Part shown: piece by piece, positions 37,347 through 52,235 of the stretch
Position numbering within the stretch: the first letter of the stretch is position 1
Layout: every line of letters begins with the position of its first letter
From: Octopus vulgaris
Taxonomy: Eukaryota
DNA: 64,000 nucleotides
Reading direction: 5' to 3'
NCBI GenBank assembly: GCA_951406725.2
Contig: OX597814.1
Coordinates: 133,796,001 to 133,860,000, forward strand
The notes under the pieces: generated by a model
Database searches by the model: none
What the model was told of the DNA's origin: nothing
Seen by the model: the letters and a program-made list of their open reading frames with translations, nothing else
Made by a program: the position numbers and the translations under genes

Positions 37347-38525
37347 CAGAATCTAAAAATATTTTCGGATTTCGGTCGGTCTTTTGGGCTTTCAATATTT
37401 CATTGCGTTTTTGCGAAAGCTGTCAATAATATAAGTAGATTAATTCATGTTGAAGTATTTTGCAAGTGAACACTGGGGGAAGCGTTTAAGAGAGTAATGA
37501 CACTGATGTCTTATTTTAGCTATCCAAACCAATCGGGCGCTGATGGTCCCCGTTTAAACTTACTGATATTTCTAATGCCTTTGGGAAAACAATTTTCTCA
37601 GTTTGTAATTTTGCCGACAGGCTATGGAGTTCTATAGAGTACTCCTTACCTTTATACTTCGGAGCAAGTATTCGTCTTCTCATTTAAGCTCATAGTAGGA
37701 TGTCGTTGATATTTACTTTAACGACGGGTGGAGATGCATGTTACTCACGCAAGACATCGATTCCATACAGCGCAGTACAGTTTCTTCATTTTCTGTTTCA
37801 TATTCGAAATCAACAGAAGACTCTCTCACATTATTCATCACCAAAGACTCTACAGTATCCATACGTTTCGGTTGTAATCATTTAGTATTAGAAAAACTGG
37901 TGTATATGAAAATGCGTTGCAATTGTATTTGTATCTTATATTTTAAAGACGTAGTTTATCTGGAACTACGTTTCCCAATGTGCTCTTCCTTTTTCATGAG
38001 ATATCATCATGCTCTTCCCAATGCGCTCTTCCTTTTTCATGAGGTATCACACAGAGGCGTCATCGTTCTTTCAATTCACAACATGTAATAAGCGGAATTT
38101 TAATCATCAATTATAGGAATGCTTCTCAAAATTCGAATTGTTCCTATATGCATAAATATCTCAGATAGTTTTCTCAAATACGAAACTACGCCTCATAAAT
38201 TTTATAGTCTTGGACATCAAACTTACGCTATTTAATCACTATGCAGCTTGTAAGAGTTGCTACACTTGTTTAATTCTATTCTTTCCAAGCGTGCCCTTGC
38301 ATTTGCATTAACTATAATTGAAAATACTACACATTTAGTTTCTGGCTTTGAGGGAAAATATTTTAATAAACTTTCTTTTCCTTTTACTAGTCACAATCTT
38401 GGGTTATTGCCAAAAATGAAGGAAACAGCAATATGCGTATTATGTATGTATGTTGTTTATGTATGTATATATGTATGTATGTATGTGTCTATGTATATAG
38501 ATAGATAGATAGATGTGTTTGTGTG

Positions 38526-38593
<68 letters not shown>

Positions 38594-39625
38594 AAGAGAG
38601 AAAGAGAGAGATGGAACGCGTACGAGTATTACGTAAAATATATATATTTATGTATAAATACAAACTTGTTGCAGTGACTGGCTTTCTTATGAGTTCGGTT
38701 ACGCCTCCCTGAAGCATGTTTGAACTGGTAACAAGTTTGTATTTGTATTATATACATGAATATGTAAGTGTGCATATGCGTGTGTACGTGTGTATGTATT
38801 TGTTTTTATTATTGCTTGTACGACATGTGAGCAAATATCATGCATCGATAATTGTGCTCAGGTGACTGGGACTACACAACAAACATCATCACACCGGTAA
38901 CAGAATGCTAACCATCAGGTCCAAAAAGGTAATTCCATTCTGTTTGTTTAATGTAGGCTCAATTTTCTGTATTGATTCCACAGTCTAGTGGGTTACAGTA
39001 ATGAACATTTTATTGATTTCTTACATTGGTACAAAGAGCAAAAATCCTCGAGAAATGCAGTAAAAAAATAAATACATCTGATCAAGTGGTCCAGATAATT
39101 TCCATCCACATGTCTGTCAGTTTGCAAATGTAAAACATGAAAATGTCTTTTCTGTTTCTTGCATTAGACACAGTTGTCATCAGATATTTTGTTGCTTATG
39201 ACTCGTTTCCAATGATTTTAAACCAAAAAGCGACATATGATTACTGAGCAAAATATCGCTGTATCGCACGTTACTTTTACTACTAACAAATTGAACTCAT
39301 CGCAGGTCAACGAGTTATTCACCAATTTTACAATGCTGTAACTACAGCTGTTCATACTTGAATAACATACTTATGATCGAATGCCCGATCAAAGGGCGGA
39401 ATATTTGTTTACTCATTTGATTTGTGCCCGCCTTATATGTCTGGTCTAATCCGCAGCAACGACTACTTTGCATACTTACCTCCAGTTCTTGGATGTTTCA
39501 ACAATGATTTCTAAAACAAATAACAGCTTTAGCGTCTATTTTGTGAGTAATGATGTAGCCAAAGTTCAGGAAGGTACAATGGTAGAACCTTGGAAACATC
39601 TACGCATCCACTATAATGAAGACTA

Positions 39626-39662
<37 letters not shown>

Positions 39663-40012
39663 AAGAAAGATAGAGTGTTTGTGTTTGTGTGTGTGCGTGT
39701 GCATGTGTGTGTGTTTGTGTGTATGTGTGCCTGTGCGTATATGTGTGTGTGTTGTGCAAAGTAGTGTAAAGTATGTGTGTGTTTGCATATATGTATTTAT
39801 GCGTGTATATTGTTTCTATCTGCATGTATGGATAATTATTATCCATGTCTGTGATATTTCAATCTAGGGACTTTCAAATCCCATCACTTATGCATTTCTT
39901 TCAATTTCAAGCATGATTTGCTTGACTTTTCACAACTGATGTTATACAAGGAAAATACCAACAAAATTGCTTTTAGATGTTTTCGCGACTATTTAATTGT
40001 AAAACGCAATTG

Positions 40013-40142
<130 letters not shown>

Positions 40143-40151
40143 ATGTATGTA

Positions 40152-40184
<33 letters not shown>

Positions 40185-40529
40185 ATGTATCTTACAGCTA
40201 TAATATCAGAATATTGTCATTGATTTTTAAAGGTGATTGTTATGTTATAGTTATGAAAGCGTTTAAAATTTCAATTAATTGTCATTTAATGAATTCAAAA
40301 ATAGTGACAACTAGAAAAAATATTTTTTTATTTCCTTGTATAAATTTCAATACAGTGAAAATGTTGATTCATATTGATTACGTCTATTTTAAAATGTAGC
40401 CATAATTTTACTTCTTATGATGTCCACAGAGTAATTGTGAAGTGACTAGCTGGAAAGCTATGTGAACACATTTTCTCTGGGCCTCCTAGCGTAGCCGATT
40501 CCGAAAGAAAAGGAGACAAAGAAACAAAG

Positions 40530-40690
40530 AAAAGCGAATGGACCCTGACACTTGACTTGTACTGTAATTATTGATACGGAAGGAATAAATGGGAAAGTTG
40601 GCTTTAGCATGATTTAAACGCAGAGCACAAAGAGGTGGAACAAATGCTACAAATGAACGTTTTCATAACTCTGTCAAATCACAGGCTTAT
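40530..40690 (-). mobile_element. Decayed SINE family B
   Basis: Weak match (GAAAGTTGGC, GATTTAAACGCAGA, TAACTCTGTCA) to the copies at 13.6 and 58.5 kb. Confidence 0.35.
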
Positions 40691-42314
40691 AAACATTAAA
40701 AAAAACCATCAACAATCCAAGTTCCAAATATCCTAGTTTTCTTTTATATTCTTAATGCTCAATAACCCTTGAACTTATCCAGTATTGTAGCATTTCATTT
40801 TCATTATATCATTTCTTTATAAAAGTATTTTTAACGTTTACAAAATGTGGAGTAGAGAGTTGTTTGTGACCTGATGAAAAATCGACACTATTGATGCACT
40901 ATCGTCACACCATATATTTGGCTCAGTCATATTACGCCCATTAGTTCCTCTGAACCCTCCGAATATGTATGGTATAATTCGCAATCCGAAGTAGCACACT
41001 CCGTTGACAAAAATTAACACTTTGAAAACTTCGTATAGGAGTGCAATAAATTGATATGCTTCAAAGACTGAAATAATCTTGTCAGATATCTGATAGGTAT
41101 CTTAAACAAAAAAATATTTCGTTAACTTATAGTTCCAAGTTCATGTCTTCCTAAGGTTTGAACAAAAGCCCTATACCCATTGTAGCGTCCTTAATCATGT
41201 ACTCAGTGTATTTCGCACAGCAGAGTTCTTAATCATGACTTTCAACATCTTGACATTAATCAATTGTTGAAGACAATTTATATATGATGGTTACATAAAA
41301 TGGCAACCCATATACACACATCAAATAAGAGTCCCACACAAACTCAATATCTCTCACACAAATAACAATGAATATTACTTTTCAATAGCTAATAGCAATT
41401 TTTTTTATCGATTTACATGTGAAAATTTTCAATATATCATCAGAGTATTTGACACGTTCTATTTAGTTAAATATTACGTCTAGAAATTGTTCACACACTC
41501 CTCCTTCATTCTTATTCGCTCTGGTTTTCACTTTCTCACTCACTTTCCTCTCTCTTTCTCTCTCTCTCTCTCTCCCTCTCTCTCTCTTTTTATATATGTG
41601 GAGTAATTAGGGTTTACTATGTATGCTCCAATTACCATTATACACACATACACATATATATTTACTTATATTGATGTGTGCATGTGTGTGCGTGAGTGAG
41701 CATGTATGGGCATGTGTGTGTGTGCATGTGCGTGTATGTGTGTCTGTGGTGTGTGTGCGCGTGTATGGTGTGTGTGCGTGTTGTGTGCATGAGTGTGTGT
41801 GTGGTGCATGTGTATGTGTGCGTGTGTGTATATATATATATATAAGTATCATGCTGGTCCTTATAGTGCATCATAAGAAAGACGTCTTTGGTGAAGAGAT
41901 TTCACTGCTTCATTGGTTAACACAATCAGCAATGGGAAAAGGCAAGTAAAAAAGCCCAAACACTATGTTATAATCAGCAATGTGGCAAAGCCTCAGTCAA
42001 AAGAAAATAAGAAGTAACGCATTACCCAGAACACCACTGTTCACATATATTTCCATAATAGTAACCGACCGTATGGACAATTTCTGAGCTTATCCTAAAA
42101 TATGATTTAGGAAGAGACAATAAATGCATTGCAATATAAGCTTGGCATTGTTAAAATCAAGTAGATTAACGAAGATAAATACACCTGGACTTTCACTACC
42201 AAAATTAGAATTTGTTCTTGGGGCAGTTTCAATAAAATAAATGTGATCAATATCACATACCCAAAGCATTATGAATGTGGCCTAATATTTGTATGTATAT
42301 ATATATATATATAT

Positions 42315-42480
42315 AGGCGCAGTAGTGGCTGTGTGGTAAGTAGCTTGTTTACCAACCACATGGTTCCGGGTTCAATCCCACTGCGTGGCATCTTCGGCAA
42401 GTGTCTTCTACTATAGCCTCGGGCCGACCAAAGCCTTGTGAGTGGATTTGGTAGACGGAAACTGAAAGAAGCCCGTCGTA

Positions 42481-42525
<45 letters not shown>

Positions 42526-42765
42526 CTGTGTGTGTGTGTGTGTGTATTTGTGTGTCTGTGTTTGTCCCCCTAGCATTGCTTGACAACCGATGCTGGTGTG
42601 TTTATGACCCCGTTACTTAGCGGTTCGGCAAAAGAGACCGATAGAATAAGTACTGGGCTTCCAAAAGAATAAGTCTCGGGGTCGAGTTGCTCGATTAAAG
42701 GTGGTGCTCCAGCATGGCCGCAGTCAAATGACTGAAACAAGTAAAAGGGTAAAACAGAGTAAAGA

Positions 42766-42766
<1 letters not shown>
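42315..42766 (+). mobile_element. Full-length tRNA-derived SINE family A with internal (TA)n(TG)n
   Basis: A-box TGGCTGTGTGG, B-box GGTTCAATCCC, GGCAAGTGTCTTCT body, tail GCAGTCAAATGACTGAAACAAGTAAAAG. Confidence 0.9.
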
Positions 42767-42835
<69 letters not shown>

Positions 42836-43429
42836 TGTGAAAATAATAAGGGTTGAAACATTTAAAGAATTTTCATACCGGTGGCTAGCATGCGCAATAG
42901 ACAACATATTTTCATATATAATAGTGTACAAACAATAAAGTATTTATACACGAAAGAGGTGACTTTTGACAGGACATCTTACATTTTAGAAAGGTCAGTC
43001 AAAATCCAAACAACGAATAATAGCAATTTCAAAGAGAATGAAAAAAAACAACCTTTTTCTAGTTAACCCCAAACTCGAGTTTGTATTAATGACCAAATAC
43101 ATTAATTTGTCATCTGTACTTCATCAGTGATGTCGTTAAAATTAATGCATATTTATGTAGCTAATTCGTACCGAAAATACACGTGCTGCATACTTATACA
43201 TTATATTTTCAATTCCACCACGCAAGTGCAGTTACATTCGCCAGAGAATAATAATAAAATTAAAACTTCATAACAGAAAGGCTTTGAAATTACGAAAATT
43301 TTACTGTGAACATAAGCGTAGAAAATTTAGAAAACATTTCATTCATACATGCATCCATACGTATGTACGTATATATATATATATGTGTGTGTGTGTATGA
43401 ATGCATATATATATATGTATATATATATA

Positions 43430-43501
<72 letters not shown>

Positions 43502-43520
43502 ATATATATATGTACGTATT

Positions 43521-43559
<39 letters not shown>

Positions 43560-43573
43560 GTATTTATGTATAG

Positions 43574-43607
<34 letters not shown>

Positions 43608-44214
43608 CTGATAATTCACACCATCCAGTGAGCGATAAATATCATTTAATATACAAAGTATACACAGTATTAAGATACTAATAGTTTCTTGCTTTGGAGA
43701 CACAATTCTACGCAAGTTTTTATAACACGCCTTGTGTCAACCAGCAGCATACAGGTATTGGGCGCATGGTCTATTCTAATTGCAAATCAGAACGCTGGAA
43801 GGAGACTAATTTTATCACAGGGGAAATTAACACAGAAGAAAAGGAAGAAAAAAGAAAGAAAACTGAAGTTCTGTCCTCTTTGGCAGTAAAGCAATAATTA
43901 AGCTTGGTGTTGAAAAGTTCTATAATCAGCTTAATTATGGCTTTACTGTCGAGGGGAACAAAACTCCATTTTCTTTCTGATTCCGTTTTTATTCAACCTT
44001 GCTCTTTACGCGGTTATCTTCTCGTTTTATCCCGTGATTTATCTTGTAACAGCGTTCAGATTTGCAAAGAGAGTTAACCATGTACACAAGACAGCTTACA
44101 CGCACAAAGTGTGTAATAGAAACCTGCTTAGACACTTGTCTCCAAAGTAAGTAACTACTAGTAGCTCGTATCTTTATATTGCATGCATTAAATTTTATAT
44201 CCATATATGCATAC

Positions 44215-44250
<36 letters not shown>

Positions 44251-44293
44251 CGTTCAACACAGGCATGTTTGTAGACATACAGATACACATTCA

Positions 44294-44360
<67 letters not shown>

Positions 44361-44442
44361 ACATACATATATATACATATATATGCACATACACACACTC
44401 ACACATATACACCCACCCACACACACATACTTACATACACAT

Positions 44443-44501
<59 letters not shown>

Positions 44502-45105
44502 GTATGTATATATGTATATATATATATATATATCATGTTTACACAATTCTTTTATGTTGATCTACACATAATCACCATCCTCTCAGGCTTTTTATCTTGC
44601 CGGCGAAAATCTCTCACTGAATTCATTTCACCAAAAGGTATATTCATTTTTTTTCTTTGTTGAACTTTCGTGACTTTTATTCCTATAAGTTTCTGAAGTG
44701 TAGTTGTTTATATGAAGTTAATTGCCAAGATACAAGTCAGATTTGAAATTACCAGTCACGAGGTGTTCTAAGTCATTATCCACAACTCCTGGCAAAATTG
44801 ATCAGCTAATGTAATCCACCTGGTTCTTGTTCTGCGTGAAAATCAAAGTGAACTTCTATAACAGAGCGATTAATCAAAGAGATATTTCTGAAGACGAATA
44901 TCTTCTGAACAGCTTTCAGAACATTCTCTTAGATCAGCTTCAATTCAACTAACATAGCTGAAAACACCACCTGAATCTCACAAGTTCACATGTATATTAT
45001 TCAGTCTTCTACATGATTGTACTCAAACAAACGAACGTGCACATATGTGTGTGTATGCATTTGTATATAGAGAAAGAGAATTTTTACATATACTACTTAC
45101 TCATA

Positions 45106-45162
<57 letters not shown>

Positions 45163-45325
45163 TTGTGTGTGTACCTATATCAAGTCATATATAAGAAAAA
45201 TAGCATTAGACTGAGGATACTCAATATTTCTTAGAATACAAGTTTATTAAACTTTTACGAAGTAGCGGTCAGCTATCCTTTATAGCATCTCACAATATAT
45301 ATATATATATGATTGATATGATATA

Positions 45326-45360
<35 letters not shown>

Positions 45361-45367
45361 TGATATG

Positions 45368-45424
<57 letters not shown>

Positions 45425-45949
45425 TTGAACGACAATATGAGTCTTCCAAAATAGTTGCTCCCAAAAATACCAAAATAAAATTTTGGATTTATGGAGGGGC
45501 AGATTTGGAAAGAAAAACAGAACAGTAAGGAAACCGAAAGAAAACAAACACGAAGGGTCGTTAAACTAGAACACGGGTAAAATAGCAAATGCTGGAGAAA
45601 TATTTTCTTTCAAAAGAGAAGAGAGAGAAGAGAGAGATAGAAGACGTCTAGTCCTTAGGACGTCCTGGAGTAAAAAAAGATGGTCACGTGAGGAAAAGAT
45701 GGTCACATGTGAGCAACGAGAGAGAGAAAAGAGAAAGACAGAAAACAGTGAAGGGGAGAAAAAAGGAATTAGAGAAGCATACTGAATTTGATTTATACCA
45801 AATAATTTAGGAAAATGAATGGGTTATTTTCCTTGGCTATGTATAAGGATCTCTTCCATGTGCGAATGGGTTATTTCCCTTGTCTTTTAAAATAAAATAT
45901 ATTAGATATATATAAGGATCCCTTCCAGTGGCCCTATTATCGATTTTTT

Positions 45950-46098
45950 TCAACAACCTGTGTATGCCATGAGATTTCTAGACATGAGTCCTACGCACGT
46001 GTAAAGTTTCATAGAAATCGATAAAACCATGTAGGAGGAGTTAGCTAACAACTCCACAAACACACCTACAGACAGAATTTCCTACGTATGTAGTAGAT
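45950..46098 (-). mobile_element. 5' end of non-autonomous Helitron-like repeat
   Basis: AAAGTTTCATAGAAATCG...GGAGGAGTTAG...ACAGACAGA...TAGTAGA, giving a 5'-TC on the minus strand. Confidence 0.4.
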
Positions 46099-46222
46099 AT
46101 GTGGGTGTGTTCGTATGTATGCATGTTTGTGTGTACGCATATTGATATGTATCAATATGCGTGTGTATGTATGTATGTATGTATGTATGTATGTGTGTGT
46201 TTACACACGCACATACCTACAT

Positions 46223-46293
<71 letters not shown>

Positions 46294-46934
46294 TACAACA
46301 TATATTTTTTATGTTAAGAGGTATCAACTGTATTGCTGGAGACCATATGACAACATGTAATTACAACTACTAGAGACTCATAGCTCGACTGTATACAGCT
46401 GCAAACATTCTGACACAACTACCAGGAACACGCTTCCAGTAAATGCAGTAATGAAATTACATCATGTAAGTGACTAAGCTGATAAGGACATTGGAAGAAA
46501 ATCTCACCAATTTCGCGCAGGCACAGACAGTTAGATATGATCATATGATTGAATGTAAACAATAACCTCATCATACATTAAATATATGTTAGAAAGCAAA
46601 ATTAATTGAAACGTATTAACTCTAAAACATAAATGTACAGCTTCTATGTTTAAAAAGACTATCAAAGGCCACATTAATACTCCAGGTTGACGTTTTTAGT
46701 ATAAATGAAACACTGTTTTGACAAGATTATTTAAGACTATAGCTTGCTTAAATATTTTATACAGTGCTTTTCAGTCGAGCAATCCCACCAAAATAATTTG
46801 AAATATAACAAGTAATTGATTTGCGGAGAAGTGAGGCTATGCTGAACAACGAATAAATAAAAGTGTATTGTTTAAAATAAACAAAATACTACAAAAACCG
46901 TTGTCATATATGGCACGATTACAATAAAGCTATG

Positions 46935-47060
46935 ATGGCACATGGCCAAGTAGTTAGAGTATCACACTGAAGATCGCAAGATCGTGTTTCGATTCTCGGA
47001 TTCAGCAATACGTTACGTTCTTGAACGAACGTTTCACTTAGCTGCAATCCACGCCACTGT
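46935..47060 (+). mobile_element. Decayed tRNA-SINE head (family C-like)
   Basis: TGGCCAAGTAGTTAG (A-box) ... GTTTCGATTCTCGG (B-box). Confidence 0.45.
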
Positions 47061-48534
47061 AAGTGATCTCGGTCACTTATGCGCCATGGGTACTCAAGAC
47101 TCATTTTGCTTAATTATTGTATAGGCATTTCTGTTTACTAAGGTTATTGTTCATTCTGTTTATATTTTTATAAATGTGTTTTCTTGCGAATGATTTGTGG
47201 CTGCGCAGTCATATTTTATTTCTCATGGAATTTTGGTTTTATTATTGAACTAGATATGTTATAATTATTCTAAAAGCAAATCCTTTTCGAACAAGGTAAA
47301 CTATGGCACAATATATTTTGCAGTAATATTTCTAATATAGTGATTTCTAATAAAGACAATGATATTTTACAGGGAGAGATTGAGTCGAAAATATCAATCC
47401 GCTATAGTATTTAAATACTTGTACAGAAAACAGAGACGGCTTTAGATCGTTTAAATGGATTACTTAAAACTGGAAGCTATTTTATCTGAGTTCATGTTCT
47501 TCCAATGTCAGTAAAATGTCACACACGTACTAAATCCGTATAATCGACTTATAACCACACACGTTTGTTAGAAAGTATTACGGTATAATATCTTTCATAA
47601 TATATATCTAAATTTTTGTAAAGCATATCTTAAGAGGTATGAGTATCAGAGATGAGTAGTAACTTTGGTACGGATCCAGTCAATTCCTTTTCATGACATC
47701 TATAATTTCCATCTAGCACACCGCACCTACCTGGCACCGAGCTTTCATGTGTGGTTTCACGAACTATGTGTTGTAGTGCGTCATCTCCTGGATATATTTA
47801 GCAACAACTTCTACCCTTAGAGATCCAAGCGTTCATATGTCCGATGTTCATGTGCCCGATGATTCACAAATTGATGTTTCAGAAAGGAAATTTTTAAAAA
47901 TGAAGAAGGTAATTTTGATAATAATTAATACAGTGCCTGGAGATGTTACGCCTTTTATTGCATCACCTTATAAAGGTAGCATCTGAACGACAGAGATAAG
48001 GAGACGCCAATCGTTGAGAAATAACGACTGTATTTAAATAGGCACATTTAATTGATTTTGATTTCATTCATATTTAATTAAATAATTTTAATTAATTTTA
48101 TATACATTTATTTCACATGGATTATATTATATTTATTGCAGCTGTACTTAGAAGAAAATGTTCAACTCTATCTGTACAGTTACTGTCAATAACAATCATT
48201 TATTATCTTCAGAGGTACAGTCAACATCCACTTGAGTTTATAACATCGGCAATAACTGCAAATAATGAAAGTAAGAAAATATAACATCATTCATTAGAAA
48301 ATTATTCATATCTTTTAAAATGTATTGCAACGTTTACATACATGAACATTATATTTCATACACAAATCTCATAAACATTTCTTTCAGCCTTGTCCTTTAT
48401 TTTCAATATACTTCATTACATGAATAATTTCTCGAGGTTTTTACCATGAGCATAGACACATAAATACATACATACATACATACATACATACATACCTATG
48501 TGTGTGTATGTGTGTGTGTGTGTGTGTGTATTGA

Positions 48535-48795
48535 GTGTGGCTGTGTAGTGAGAAGCTTGCTTCACATGCATTAGGGTTCACTCCCACTGCATGGTACAAT
48601 TGTCTTCTGCTACAGCCTCAAGCCGACCAAAGCCTTGGTGGATTTGCTAGATGGAAACTGAAAAAAGCCTGTCGTATGTGTGCGTGTGTGTATCTATGTG
48701 TCCGTCTTTGTGTCTGTGTTTGTCTCCTCACCCACTCATTGCTTGACAACTAATGATGGTGTATTTACATCCCCGTAACTTAGCCGTTCAGCAGA
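48535..48795 (+). mobile_element. Decayed SINE family A
   Basis: GTGGCTGTGTAGTGAG...CCGACCAAAGCCTTG...GCTTGACAAC...CCCGTAACTTAGC. Confidence 0.8.
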
Positions 48796-48849
48796 AGTTA
48801 CCTACATAAATTCTATTGAATCTTATTCTACTTTTAGTAATGGAGATAT

Positions 48850-50110
48850 GAAATCTAGTTGTAACGATATGAAAGATTTAAATTTTGATTTATACGCCAA
48901 CACCAAACAGAGGAAGGTTCTGTACAATGTTAGGGAGATAACCGCAATTTAAACCCCTTTTTTTCATTCTAAAGGTAAATCGAGGTCTTTTAAAAATAGT
49001 TACACTAGAAATAAGGCAACTACTAGCAAAACTATTTGGTTGATTATTCCTTATGGGAGGCAAATGCAATCTAATCTTCCTTTCCAGTTTCAGAAAACTA
49101 TTATTAGGAATTTTCCAAAGAATTATCAACTCGTATACGGTTAGGATTGGTTTTTCCAATACAAAGAAATCTGTTACAAATTATCTCCTCACATACTATT
49201 AGTCTGTTAAATAAGAATCCAATTACTAATACTAAGATTAATTTAGTTAATACTAACCATACCCCTAGAAATATTAATAGCAAGGTTATTGTCTCTGAAG
49301 TCAATTCCAACAGAATTAAGTTTATATCTAGTAATTCTAAGATTAAAAAATCTATATACCAATGTAAAATTACTTCAGGTATCGATGTCTTTTCTATATA
49401 TAGGTAGTTCTTCTCAGTTATCTAAAAATAATTCTAATCATTACTCTACATTTAGGGATAGCAATAAACGCAGCAGTACAAGGCTTAGTAAATTAATTTG
49501 GTATCTAAAAGACCATAATAAACAATTTAATTTAGATTGGTTGATTCTCTCCATTTCACTCCCATATGATAAAGGTAAAGAATTCTGCCAACTCTGTAAT
49601 AGTGAACTATTTTCTATTCTATTTTTAAGAAGCCCCTTGTAAACACGGTTATTAAGCGTGCTTATCAATATAAACATTGGCAGAAACATACCTATAGTTT
49701 ATATAAGTGATATCTACAATTATATATAATTCGAACATTGATTTTCTTCTTACATTTCACTTCCACTAGATATATCTTTTTCCAAGCCTTTAAGCATTTA
49801 TTTTAATTCACATATCGCTCTATATTTCTCCTTTATTAGTTTTCTGCTTATATATTTCCTTTACCCCTTCTCTTTCTATAGGATACCTTTGACGTTATAT
49901 CTTCTAACGGTTTTTTTTTTAATTTAATAGCGTTCCGTTCATCATTATACACATCCATCACATTCTGTTACAATGCCTTGTTTGGTTTCTTTCTTACCTT
50001 GATGAGAAAATTACATTGTTTTACACCATTTTATTCCTTTTGGAATAATACCAATGTTGTCTTCGAAACATATCTCGGAAGTAAAAGAATTTGAATAACA
50101 CCTGCGTTTA
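48850..50110 (+). mobile_element. Degenerate Penelope-like GIY-YIG remnant with decayed 3' HHR (49993-50081)
   Basis: 'KSIYQCKITS...YIGSS...NHYSTFR...STRLSKLIWYLKD..QFNLDW.IL....Y.KGKEFCQLCNSE'; downstream TTGATGA GAA...TTC GAAA CATATC TC. Confidence 0.75.
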
Positions 50111-50130
50111 ACTCCATTTATATATACATA

Positions 50131-50766
50131 CTAGCAGTATCGCCCGGCGTTGCTCGGGTTTGTAAGGGAAATAACTATATAAACATTTTTAGAGAGTTAT
50201 AGCCAAAAAATAGCCAAAAATGCATTAAAAATGGAAAAAATATGATGGTAAATTTTTTTTTAAATCGTTGACTCATCGTAGACATTTTTAGAGAGTTACT
50301 TCCCTTATATAATAGCGAAAAAATGCATTAAAATGGAAAAAAACGATGGTAATTTTTTTTTTAAATCGTAGACTCATGTAGACGCTTTCTTAGCCATTTC
50401 TGTTTTGGTGTCTTCAAGCCATGAAGTCGTTGTTCTAAAAGAACACTGGTCTCCTTGACAACGCATTACGACGTTGATGTCCTTACACTCCCTTCCCCAC
50501 AGGTGCAGGTGTGAGCGTGGACGCCAACTCCGCCGCCATCGACACACGAAAAATTATGCATTAAAATGGAATAAAAAATTATGTTAAATTATTTTTTAAA
50601 TCGTAGACTCATCGTAGACGCGCGCTAATACTCAGACGGGCTCGATATGAATCACGACTATAAGCTACCCGAATTTGGTTAAACTGTACCGCAAAATGTG
50701 GGAGTAGTTAGGAATCTAAATCGAAGGGGACAGACACTCTCACAACTACAGTTTTATATATATAGA
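50131..50766 (-). mobile_element. Non-autonomous Helitron, copy 1
   Basis: Minus strand begins TC(TATATATATAAAA) and ends with hairpin CCCGAGCAACGCCGGG + CGATACTG + CTAG; inserted between A and T. Confidence 0.8.
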
Positions 50767-50799
50767 TATACATAGCGCAGTAGTGGTGAGATGTGACAG

Positions 50800-51378
50800 C
50801 AAAGAAAAGCATACATTCACTCTCTGCATGCAATTAGACTCGGAAAGTTCGTGAGGAACCCATTGACCCAATTTGCTGACTTTTTCGATAGCACACAGGT
50901 CTCAATGAATGGTTGAATGACCAAATCCAAGCTTCTCTGCTAGTTCCTCAACAGTTACGATGAGATTTTGTTCCACCAGGGTTTTCAGGATGTCCTTGTC
51001 GAGTTCTACAGATCTTTCAGGATGAGACTCGTCTTCTAGGCTGTAGTTTATGGCTCGGAATTTCTGGAACCACCATTGACACTGCCTTACGCTTATTGTC
51101 CAATCCCCATATACTGCATTAATATTTCTTGTACTTTCTGTTGCGTTGTTGTCTTTATTGAACTCATAAAGCAAAATATGCCAAATATGCTCCTTTGTTA
51201 CTTCCAACATAGCTTTGAAAAAAATAGCTGTTAAAATCGAAATGCACTCTTCAAAACTTGCACTATGAATAAGGACAAGATAAAATTACTACCTGCTTTT
51301 ATAGCAAGTTAATATAAGTAGTTTATCACATTCCCCTCTGACTTTTAGTTCAAGCTGTTGAAAAAACCGCATTATTAT
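50800..51378 (-). mobile_element. Mariner remnant (5' end plus transposase HTH region 51210-50902)
   Basis: 'MEVTKEHIWHILLYEFNK...ATE..RNINAVYG...ISVRQCQWWFQKFR..NYSLEDE...VTVEELAEKLG' is a mariner N-terminus. Confidence 0.85.
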
Positions 51379-51637
51379 ATATATATACATACATACATAC
51401 ATATACACACACACTCTCTCTCTCACACACATGCACACATTTATATTCTGTTATTCTTTTATATGTTTCAGCCTTGAGGTTGTGGCCATGCTGGATCATG
51501 TGTGTGTGTGTGTGTCTATCTGTCTGTCTGTCTGTATGTATATATGTATATGTATGTGTGTGAACAATAATATTTTCAACAGATGTGTTGCAAATGTATC
51601 TGATTGTTCTCAAGCTTCAATACTGTGTGTGTGTGTA

Positions 51638-51674
<37 letters not shown>

Positions 51675-51747
51675 ATGTATGTATGTATGTATGTATGTAT
51701 GTGTGTATGTATGTATGTGTGTGTGTATGTATGTATGTGTGTGTGTA

Positions 51748-51778
<31 letters not shown>

Positions 51779-51966
51779 ATGTATGTATGAGTGTATGTTT
51801 ACTTTATTACTAACACAAGCCACTACGGTTATTTAAGTCTTCCTCAAATCACTCTCTCAAGCTATTTACTCTCTTCCAAAACATTTTCACTCACTCTTCT
51901 CTGTTAGCTTCCCATATATTTTACTCATGTATCTATCAGCGTCATAGACAGAAACAAATATTACAT

Positions 51967-52235
51967 CTAGTTTCACTTTATTCGTTGCACACTGTGTGTG
52001 TGCGTTTGCGTGTGGTGTAAACCAGACTAAGAAAATCATTTGACACACACACCAGAATGTGAGTTTTCTGTAAATTTTGCTTAATTGGAGTTTAAATTTT
52101 AAAAACTGGACCTGGCATGACGCGATGCATTGTACTCTTAAAAATGCTAGGTAAATTGTAATTGAAGAAATCCTATATTGTAGATTTGTATAACTCCCAA
52201 AGGGAGGCCGATAAAATCTGCCTTTTATAATAAGA
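51967..52235 (-). mobile_element. Second short Helitron-like repeat (5'-TCTTATTATAAAAGG), copy 1
   Basis: Near-identical to 54137-54402; directly follows the CTAG end of the adjacent Helitron. Confidence 0.55.
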
